DNA of 64,000 nt from an uncultured Lentisphaerales bacterium (GTDB taxonomy: Bacteria > Verrucomicrobiota > Kiritimatiellia > RFP12 > JAAYLN01). Each line of letters begins with the position of its first letter. The first letter of the stretch is position 1. The stretch is taken from NCBI GenBank assembly GCA_964599645.1, contig CAZRGQ010000002.1:22275-86274 (forward strand). The letters are read 5' to 3'. Of the stretch, positions 57,275 to 64,000 are shown piece by piece. A model generated the notes under the pieces. That model was not told the origin of the DNA, ran no database searches, and saw only the letters and a list, made by a program, of their open reading frames with translations. A program made the translations under genes and the position numbers.

Positions 57275-57386
57275 GGGTTGTGCTTCTGCACAACCGCGGC
57301 AGAGCAATAGCTCTGGCGATCAGAGCAAAGGGTTGTGCTTCTGCACAACTGCGGTAGAGCAATAGCTCTGGCGATCAGAGCAAAGA
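57275..57386. repeat. Two tandem copies of a ~56-nt hairpin-containing repeat (GGGTTGTGCTTCTGCACAACCGCGGCAGAGCAATAGCTCTGGCGATCAGAGCAAAG)
   Basis: Each unit holds two short hairpins (GGTTGTGC-TTCT-GCACAACC and CAGAGC-AATA-GCTCTG). A third copy lies at 60948..61003, on the other side of the RM gene. Confidence 0.6.
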
Positions 57387-57392
57387 GAGTGC

Positions 57393-57578
57393 ATGGAGAA
57401 GCGAACGCAAATCCGGGTGGATGCCCAAGCCTTGACCACGATGCATAATGCGGCTACTATTCTGGCTGTGATACATGCAAGAGATTGTTTCAACATTCAG
57501 GATCGGGGTGAGGGCTTAATCGAAGCCGGTTTGAGCACCGCCAAGGGCAACCGGACCCGGAAAGGGTTTTCACAATGA
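57393..57578 (+). CDS. Small ORF (61 aa) whose stop overlaps the RM gene start (ATGA)
   Basis: The sequence …ttt tca caA TGA gcaac has the ORF's TGA stop overlapping the ATG of the type IIG gene. No recognisable HTH is present, and coding status is uncertain. Confidence 0.25.
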   Translation: MEKRTQIRVDAQALTTMHNAATILAVIHARDCFNIQDRGEGLIEAGLSTAKGNRTRKGFSQ

Positions 57579-60500
57579 GCAACAGGGCACTTTTCACCGA
57601 CTACCTCAAAGAGTTGCACTCGGTCGCCATGCAGGGCGATGCAAGGGAGGAGAGCTTCTACCCTGCCCTTGCGGATATGCTTAACCTTGTTGCTGAAAAC
57701 GCAGGCAAAAAGGTGGTTCGCACTACAGTCCTGCCGAAACCGAACGATGCAGGGAACCCCGATTTACGCTTGTGGAACGGTCGCGACAGGATCATCGGTT
57801 ATGTTGAAGCCAAGAAGCCATCTGAAGAGCGGCTTGACTCCGTTGAGGAGTCGGAGCAGCTCATGCGCTATCGGAGCACCTTTCCTAATCTGATCCTGAC
57901 CAACTTCTTCGAGTTTCGCCTCTATCGCAATGGGGAGCTGGTGCAGAGCGCCCGCATCGCCCGCCCCTTTGTGATGACGCGTTTACGCACGGCACCAGCG
58001 GTTGAAAAGCCGGATGAGCTTAAGGAGTTGCTGGAGCGCTTTCTCGACTTTTCGCTGCCCAAAGTCTTCACGGCTGAGACGCTTGCCGTGGAACTTGCCA
58101 AGCGTACCCGCTTCCTGCGTGACGTCGTCGGCCAGCAATTGGCCAGTGAAAGAGAGACGCCGGGAGAACTGACAGGTTTTTATGAGGCCTTTCAAACCTA
58201 CCTGATTGGCTCGTTGACTCTCGAAGATTTTGCCGACCTCTTTGCCCAAACCATCACCTACGGTCTCTTTGTCGCCCGCATCCGCTCAGGGGAGGGTTTC
58301 AATCGCCTTACGGCCTTCAACAGCATTCCGCATACAATCGGTGTGCTGCGTGATCTTTTCCGTTTCCTCTCCCTTGGCGACCTACCGGAACAGCTTGCCT
58401 GGAGCGTGGACGATATTGCCGAAGTGCTGGCCGTGGCCGACGCCTCCGGCATCCTCGACCGCTACTACCATGAGGGCAAAGGCAGTGACCCCATTGTGCA
58501 CTTCTATGAAACGTTTCTGGCGCAGTATGACCCCGCCGAGCGTGAAAGACGCGGCGTTTACTACACGCCTGAACCGGTAGTAGACTACATCGTGCGTTCG
58601 CTCCACAACATCCTTAAAAGCGACTTCGACAAACCTGACGGTCTGGCGTCGAAAGGCGTGACCTTGCTTGATCCGGCAGCCGGAACGATGACCTTTATTG
58701 CCCATGCCGCCAAACAGGCGGTCAGTGAATTTGAAGAGAAGTACGGCAAGGGTGGCCGAGGCGACTTTATCCGCCAGCATGTCCTCAAAAACTTCTACGC
58801 ATTCGAGCTGATGATGGCGCCCTATGCTGTCGGCCATCTCAAGATGAGTTTCCTGCTCGAAGAGCTGGGGCACAAGCTCACCGATGCTGAACGCGTACCA
58901 TTCTACCTCACCAACACGCTGGACAACGAGGAGCTGGAGCAGAGCCGTCTGCCCGGCTTCTCCGCCCTGGCGGAGGAGTCCCGGCTGGCCGGGGTGGTCA
59001 AAAAACAGACCCCGCTCCTTGTCATTCTGGGCAACCCGCCCTATTCCGGCCACTCCACCAACACGGGCGACTGGATTCGGGGCTTGATCGACACCTATAA
59101 AGTGGTTGATGGCAAGCCTCTGGGTGAAAGGAACCCGAAATGGCTACAAGACGACTATGTCAAGTTCCTGCGCTTTGCCCAATGGAAGATTGAGCAGGCC
59201 GGGCGTGGTGTGGTTGGGATGATCACCAACCACGGTTATCTTGAAAACCCCACCTTTCGCGGCATGCGCCAGAGTCTGATGCAGACCTTCGATGGCATCT
59301 ACCTCCTCGACCTGCATGGCAATGCGCTCAAAAAAGAGACCTCTCCCGACGGCAGCCCCGACAACAACGTATTTGATATTAGGCAAGGCGTTGCTATTGC
59401 CTTTTTCGTCAAGCGGGGTGGCAAAAAAACCAAAAAAAGCGCCAAGGTCTGGCATACCGATCTCTACGGTGCCCGTGAAACAAAATATGGCTGGCTGGGT
59501 AAGCATGACCAGGCTTCCACCGGTTGGACTCAATTGCAGCCTGCCAAGCCCTTCTATCTCTTCAGTCCGCTGGATGTCACACTCTACGACTCTTACCGCA
59601 ATTTTATCGGAGTGCCGGAGATATTTCCCACAAACAGCGTCGGGATTGTTACGGCTCGTGACAGCCTGACGATCCACTGGAGAGAGCAGGAGGTCTGGCG
59701 CACTGTAAATGTTTTTGCCAAGTCAGACCCGGAAATTGCCCGTCAAGCCTTCAATCTAGGCAAAGATGCAGCAGACTGGAAAGTTACTCTGGCACAAAAA
59801 GATTTGATTGACTCTGGCCCGGATCGTGACAATATCACACGAATACTCTATCGGCCATTTGATGTGCGCCATACCTACTACACAGGCCAGTCGCGTGGAT
59901 TCATCTGTAGACCGCGTGCTGAAGTCATGCGTCACATGCTGGCCGGAGAGAATCTGGCGTTAATTCTTCCCAAACGTGTTGAACAGATGGGATCTTGGCA
60001 ACATGCTTTGGCAACGAGCACGATCTCGGGTCATGTGGCCGTATCGTTGAAGACGATCGACTACCACTTCCCTCTCTATCTCTATCCTAGTCAAGTACAT
60101 ACAAAGCGAACCAAGTTAAATCCCGGTCGATTTGTGCCGATGATGCTCTTTGAAGAAAAGGAGATGTACGAAGCAAGGCACCCCAACTTGAACCCTCTGT
60201 TATGCTCTGCATTTGAATCTGGCTACGGAGAGATACCGACACCGGAAACCATCTTCCACTACATCTATGCTGTGCTCTATGCTCCCGCTTATCGGGACAA
60301 GTACGTCGAGTTTCTCAAGAGCGACTTCCCACGTATCCCCTTTACAGCCGATTACGGTCTGTTCAAGAAGCTGGCCACCATCGGTGAAAAACTGGTGGCG
60401 CTGCATCTGCTCAAGTCGCCTGATCTCAACCCGCCGGCCTGCCGCTTTGAGGGAGAAGGTGACAATCGTGTGGAAAAGAGCCGCAAGGCCGGTTTGCGCT

Positions 60501-60769
60501 ACGAGGCAGCAGAAGAGCGTGTTTATATCAACGCGGAACAATATTTTGCGCCGGTACCGGCAGCGGTCTGGAACTATCAGATCGGTGGGTATCAGGTCTG
60601 TGACAAGTGGCTCAAGGATCGCCAAGAGCGCCGGCTCGATCTCGACGACATCCTCGACTACTGCCGTATCGTTACGGCGCTTGGTCAAACCATCGCGCTA
60701 CAGGCTGAGGTCGACACGCTCTATCCGCTGGTAGAAGAAGAACTACTGACAGTCATGCCACCCGCCTGA
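57575..60769 (+). CDS. Single-chain type IIG (MmeI-like) restriction-modification enzyme: N-terminal PD-(D/E)xK nuclease, N6-adenine methyltransferase (NPPY) and C-terminal target-recognition region
   Basis: The 1064-aa product has an N-terminal …NPDLRLWNGRDRIIGYVEAKKP… (D…ExK). It has the MTase motif IV (LLVILGNPPYSGHS) and a SAM-binding region (…LLDPAAGTMTF…). Its GC content is visibly lower than the neighbouring genes. Confidence 0.7.
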   Translation: MSNRALFTDYLKELHSVAMQGDAREESFYPALADMLNLVAENAGKKVVRTTVLPKPNDAGNPDLRLWNGRDRIIGYVEAKKPSEERLDSVEESEQLMRYRSTFPNLILTNFFEFRLYRNGELVQSARIARPFVMTRLRTAPAVEKPDELKELLERFLDFSLPKVFTAETLAVELAKRTRFLRDVVGQQLASERETPGELTGFYEAFQTYLIGSLTLEDFADLFAQTITYGLFVARIRSGEGFNRLTAFNSIPHTIGVLRDLFRFLSLGDLPEQLAWSVDDIAEVLAVADASGILDRYYHEGKGSDPIVHFYETFLAQYDPAERERRGVYYTPEPVVDYIVRSLHNILKSDFDKPDGLASKGVTLLDPAAGTMTFIAHAAKQAVSEFEEKYGKGGRGDFIRQHVLKNFYAFELMMAPYAVGHLKMSFLLEELGHKLTDAERVPFYLTNTLDNEELEQSRLPGFSALAEESRLAGVVKKQTPLLVILGNPPYSGHSTNTGDWIRGLIDTYKVVDGKPLGERNPKWLQDDYVKFLRFAQWKIEQAGRGVVGMITNHGYLENPTFRGMRQSLMQTFDGIYLLDLHGNALKKETSPDGSPDNNVFDIRQGVAIAFFVKRGGKKTKKSAKVWHTDLYGARETKYGWLGKHDQASTGWTQLQPAKPFYLFSPLDVTLYDSYRNFIGVPEIFPTNSVGIVTARDSLTIHWREQEVWRTVNVFAKSDPEIARQAFNLGKDAADWKVTLAQKDLIDSGPDRDNITRILYRPFDVRHTYYTGQSRGFICRPRAEVMRHMLAGENLALILPKRVEQMGSWQHALATSTISGHVAVSLKTIDYHFPLYLYPSQVHTKRTKLNPGRFVPMMLFEEKEMYEARHPNLNPLLCSAFESGYGEIPTPETIFHYIYAVLYAPAYRDKYVEFLKSDFPRIPFTADYGLFKKLATIGEKLVALHLLKSPDLNPPACRFEGEGDNRVEKSRKAGLRYEAAEERVYINAEQYFAPVPAAVWNYQIGGYQVCDKWLKDRQERRLDLDDILDYCRIVTALGQTIALQAEVDTLYPLVEEELLTVMPPA

Positions 60770-60776
60770 TAAGGAT

Positions 60777-60799
60777 GAGATTCAACTTGGTTGAATCTC
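60777..60799 (+). terminator. Hairpin immediately after the RM gene stop (GAGATTCAA-cttgg-TTGAATCTC)
   Basis: It has a perfect 9-bp stem. No U-tract follows, so terminator function is uncertain. Confidence 0.3.
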
Positions 60800-60947
60800 A
60801 CCCCCGTGCCTGAGGGCAGCCCTGTTCTGCGGAGGATGTTAACCTTCGCTGCCACTCTTGATGCTCAACCCCTTGCGCTCACGGCTCGGCAGAGCCTCGC
60901 CCTCTAGCTGACTTAATACACTCGATGGTTGATGTAATCGAAATGGA

Positions 60948-61045
60948 GGGCTGTGCTTCTGCACAGCCGCGGCAGAGCGACAGCTCTGGCGATTAGAGCA
61001 AGAGAAAGCGCATGGGAGAGTGGCAAACAGAAAAAATCTCTCGCA
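60948..61045. repeat. Composite intergenic element: a third copy of the ~56-nt hairpin repeat plus the GTGGCAAACAG-AAAAAATCTCTCGCAGTTTTGGGGG module
   Basis: The sequence is GGGCTGTGCTTCTGCACAGCCGCGGCAGAGCGACAGCTCTGGCGATTAGAGCAAGAG…GAGTGGCAAACAGAAAAAATCTCTCGCAGTTTTGGGGG. It lies about 75 nt upstream of tRNA-Arg. Confidence 0.6.
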
Positions 61046-61120
61046 GTTTTGGGGGCAGCTTTGAGGCTTGAATTTCGCACTCCCTATCCCTTAAGATAGC
61101 AGCCGCAAACGGTATTGAGG

Positions 61121-61197
61121 AGGCCAGTAGCTCAGTTGGACAGAGCACAAGATTCCTAATCTTGGGGTCGCGGGTTCGAGCCCCGCCTGGCCTACCA
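61121..61197 (+). tRNA. tRNA-Arg (anticodon CCU)
   Basis: The hand fold is AGGCCAG-UA-GCUC AGUUGGACA GAGC-A-CAAGA UUCCUAA UCUUG-GGGUC-GCGGG UUCGAGC CCCGC-CUGGCCU-A-CCA. Confidence 0.85.
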
Positions 61198-61318
61198 CGC
61201 TGTCGGTATTTCAAGGCCTTTACTGCTGCCGCCAAAGAGGGTACAATAAAGGATCGTTGCACTTTACCAGCCGATCGACACACGTCGCCGGCGGCCCCCC
61301 TTCACCAAGAGTAGTATT

Positions 61319-62056
61319 ATGAGCAAGCTGGGCATCCAAAGTTACTGTTACCGGGGCATCAAAGAGTTGTCAGGCCTGATCAGCGCTGTGAAAGCAAGCG
61401 GCGTCGACTGCATCGAACTCTGTGGCGTCCACGCCGACTTCTACGACGTCAGCAAACACGCTGCGACCATTGCCGCCTTTAAAGAGCGCCGGATTCGCAT
61501 CGCCTCCATCGGCGTCAACAACATCGGTACTGACCTCGAACAGGCGCGCCCACTCTTTGAGTTTGTCAAGGCAGCCGGCACCAGACACATCAGCATCTCC
61601 TTTGATATCCATACTATCCCCGTCAGCTTCCGCATCGCCGAACGCCTGGCGGACGAGTATGATGTGCGCCTCGGCATCCACAACCACGGCGGTTACGACT
61701 GGCTCGGCAACCTGCCCTCTCTGAGCTGGGTCTTTGCCCAGACCTCCAAGCGTATCGGCCTCTCGCTCGATACCGCCTGGGCCATGCAGACGGGGCGCGA
61801 CCCTCTCAAGTACGTCGAACTCTTCGGCGACCGTCTCTCGCTGCTCCATATCAAGGACTTCACCTTCGACCGCGCTGCACGCTGGACCGATGTCGTCGCC
61901 GGCAGCGGCAATCTCAACCTCGCCGCCCTCCAGGAGAGCCTCGACCAGGTCGGCTACACGGGCGATGTCATTATCGAGTATGAGGGCGACGTCGATAATC
62001 CCGTGCCGGCACTGCAGCAGTGTGTCGCTGCGGTACGTGCCGCCATGAAGGTCTAA
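61319..62056 (+). CDS. Sugar phosphate isomerase/epimerase (xylose-isomerase-like TIM barrel)
   Basis: The 245-aa product has the patterns …GVDCIELCG…, …LGIHNHGG…, …LLHIKDF… and …IIEYEGD…. Confidence 0.65.
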   Translation: MSKLGIQSYCYRGIKELSGLISAVKASGVDCIELCGVHADFYDVSKHAATIAAFKERRIRIASIGVNNIGTDLEQARPLFEFVKAAGTRHISISFDIHTIPVSFRIAERLADEYDVRLGIHNHGGYDWLGNLPSLSWVFAQTSKRIGLSLDTAWAMQTGRDPLKYVELFGDRLSLLHIKDFTFDRAARWTDVVAGSGNLNLAALQESLDQVGYTGDVIIEYEGDVDNPVPALQQCVAAVRAAMKV

Positions 62057-62067
62057 CGGATAACACC

Positions 62068-62397
62068 ATGCTCCAACTCTTGCGTCACCTGATCTTCGAG
62101 CAGAATGCCCTTGAAGCCACCATGCTCGCCTGCTTCTCCGTCTCCTGGTTCTTCGCCATTGCCCGCTCGATCCGTAGTCGTACCACCGGCAGCAAGAGCA
62201 TCTGGTTCCTCTGGATCATCTTCACCGGCTATGCAGCCGGAGTGCTGCACAAACATCTGGTCGAATATAAATGGACCATCTGGCTCTACAGCTTCAACGC
62301 CTTGATGGTCTTCATCGACATTCTCCTCTACTACCGCAACTCCCGTTATGAACGCGCCGGACAGACGCACCTCTGGCAACCACTGGAATATCCATGA
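62068..62397 (+). CDS. Small three-TM membrane protein, possibly lipid-A-biosynthesis N-terminal domain (LAB_N)-like
   Basis: The product reads MLQLLRHLIFEQNALEATMLACFSVSWFFAIARSIRSRTTGSKSIWFLWIIFTGYAAGVLHKHLVEYKWTIWLYSFNALMVFIDILLYYRNS. The family call rests on pattern memory only. Confidence 0.35.
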   Translation: MLQLLRHLIFEQNALEATMLACFSVSWFFAIARSIRSRTTGSKSIWFLWIIFTGYAAGVLHKHLVEYKWTIWLYSFNALMVFIDILLYYRNSRYERAGQTHLWQPLEYP

Positions 62398-63938
62398 CAA
62401 CACAACTCCCCGCCACCGATCTCATGATCGGCTGGGCTACACGCGACATCAGCACCACTGCCCCCGTCTATATTCCGGGGTAATTCGACATCCGGGTCTC
62501 CCGCGGAGTGCAAGACCCCCTCAGCACCACCGCTCTCGTCATTGCCAACGAACAGGATGCCATCATCTTCGTCTCGGTCGACTCCGTCTATATCACGCCC
62601 GAGCTGATCAAGCTGGTACACGAGGCCGTGGCCGCCCGTGATGCCACCGTGCCCACCGCCAACATTGCCATCCATGCCACCCACACCCATGAGGCCCCCA
62701 ACCACGCCACCGGTGCCATCGCCGGCCTGGCGACCCCCGAGACTGTGCCCCATGAGGGTGTCGAGATCGAATCGTCCGCTATCTATTGCGACCTCCTGGT
62801 CGCCGCAGTCAGCGACGCGATCGTCACGGCCTGGAGTCAACGCGCCCCCGGCGGCGTCTCGCACGGCTACGGCTTTGCCGTGGTCGGCCACAGCCGCCGC
62901 GCGGTCTACTTCGACGACCTCTCCCAGCGGCCCGATGTCGCCGCCCTCCCCGGCATGTCCGTCAATGGCCACGCCAAGATGTACGGCTCCACTGCCGACG
63001 CCAAGTTCAGCCACTACGAAGCCGGCACCGACCCCTTTATCAACTTCCTCTATACCTTCGACACTGCGGGCCAACTCACCGGTGCCATCATCAACGTGCC
63101 CGCCCCCTCGCAATGCTCCGAGCACCTCCACTACCTCAGTGCCGACTACTGGCACGAGGTGCGCCAGACCCTCCACAAGCGCTACGGCGCGATCGGCATC
63201 CTGCCGCAATGTGCCGCTGCCGGCGACCTGTCACCCCGCATCCTACACTTCCAACGGGCTCAGCAACGCCGTTTCGCCCTTAAATATGGCAACGACGGCG
63301 AGTACAACAGCGTGGTCAACGCCCAGCGCGCCGATATCGCCGAGCGCATCTGCCACGCCTTCGACGAAGTGCTCGACTGGGCGCGCCACGGTATCAGCAG
63401 CGCCCTGCCGATCCAGCATGAGGTCGCGACCATCGGCCTCTCGCGCCGCTATATCAGCGACAGCGAGGCGCGGAACGAGGAGCAGCTCCTCGCAGAGCTG
63501 ATGGCCGAGCCGCTCAAGAACGACGGCACCCCAGCCGAGCAGTTACGCTACAACTCGATTCTCATTGCCCGCCGCAACCGCTGCGCCCGCATCCTCGACT
63601 TCCACCGCGAACAGCAGACGCAACCCACCTGCGACGTCGAACTCCACGTCGCCCGCCTCGGCAATATCGCCTTCGCCACCAACCCCTTTGAGCTCTACAT
63701 CGACTACATGCACCGCATCCAGGGACGCAGCCCCTTCGAGCTGACCTTTATCGTCCAGCTCGTCGGCAACCCCCACGGCGTCGCCGGCTACCTCGCCACT
63801 GAGCGGGGTGAAGCCGGACGCGGCTACAGCGCCAGTATCTACTGCAACCAGGTCTCCTTCAAAGGCGGCCAGGAGCTGGTCGAAAACACACTGTTGCGCC
63901 TCAACCGCTTCGCCGCCGAGATCCCGCTTACAGAATAG
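62394..63938 (+). pseudogene. Paralog of 8246..9781 (HTHxGP-motif hydrolase) interrupted by an in-frame TAA at 62481-62483; alternatively an N-terminally truncated CDS starting at 62508
   Basis: My translation from the ATG at 62394 reads MTTQLPATDLMIGWATRDISTTAPVYIPG*FDIRVSRGVQDPLSTTALVIANEQDAIIFVSVD…. It aligns residue by residue with copy 1 (…LRIGWAMRDVSTDKPITIPGQFHIRVSTGVLDPVTVTALVISNESDDVIFVSAD…). The stop sits exactly at the Gln position of copy 1, and the reading frame is otherwise intact to 63938. Confidence 0.5.
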
Positions 63939-64000
63939 ACATACCTGGGGGTGCGGCTATTTGAGATTGCAAAAAGGGCGCACCTGGGATATTCTCTCCC

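Noticed and set aside
57275-57386. Possible CRISPR array
   Set aside because: Only two directly abutting repeat units are present, with no spacers. A third copy sits 3.5 kb away. This is not CRISPR architecture.
57575-60769. BREX PglX or type ISP enzyme
   Set aside because: There is no helicase domain and no neighbouring BREX genes. The N-terminal PD-(D/E)xK plus central NPPY MTase layout fits single-chain type IIG (MmeI-like) better.

Overview
This is a high-GC bacterial chromosomal window of about 64 kb, dense with housekeeping genes, almost all on the minus strand. Every call below is by eye from the translations (motifs and remembered family sequences); no tools were run and no database was searched. 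The flagship candidate for something undescribed is a 1374-aa fusion protein directly downstream of rpoC: a YoeB/RelE-like toxin domain joined to a UvrD-like helicase, ankyrin repeats and a C-terminal SEC-C zinc motif.

Main blocks, left to right:
- Lipid A and chaperone genes: lpxA at 480-1268, then separately skp-lpxD-galE at 9789-12426.
- gyrB (1321-3804), lipB, rpsT, and a PNPase-rpsO block.
- The rplKAJL-rpoBC cluster with nusG-secE, tRNA-Trp, rpmG, tuf and tRNA-Thr (35826-48816).
- feoAB, gmd-fcl, recA and fabV.

Accessory or unusual content:
- The YoeB-helicase fusion at 31526-35650.
- A 3' remnant of a group II intron (domain V, domain VI and a maturase fragment) at about 5790-6270.
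- A coiled-coil protein with a C-terminal YacP/NYN nuclease domain (3868-5664).
- A lower-GC MmeI-like type IIG restriction-modification gene (57575-60769), flanked by copies of a ~56-nt hairpin repeat and sitting next to tRNA-Arg(CCT).
- A dispersed intergenic motif, AAAATCTCTCGCAGTTTTGG, found upstream of four transcription units including the helicase fusion.
- Two paralogous HTHxGP-motif hydrolase genes 54 kb apart; the second has an in-frame TAA stop.
- Tandem secreted DUF4139-like paralogs, an orphan ABC permease pair co-oriented with recA, and several structured noncoding regions.

The ORF track uses non-ATG first codons in places, so several starts were moved to the first plausible ATG.
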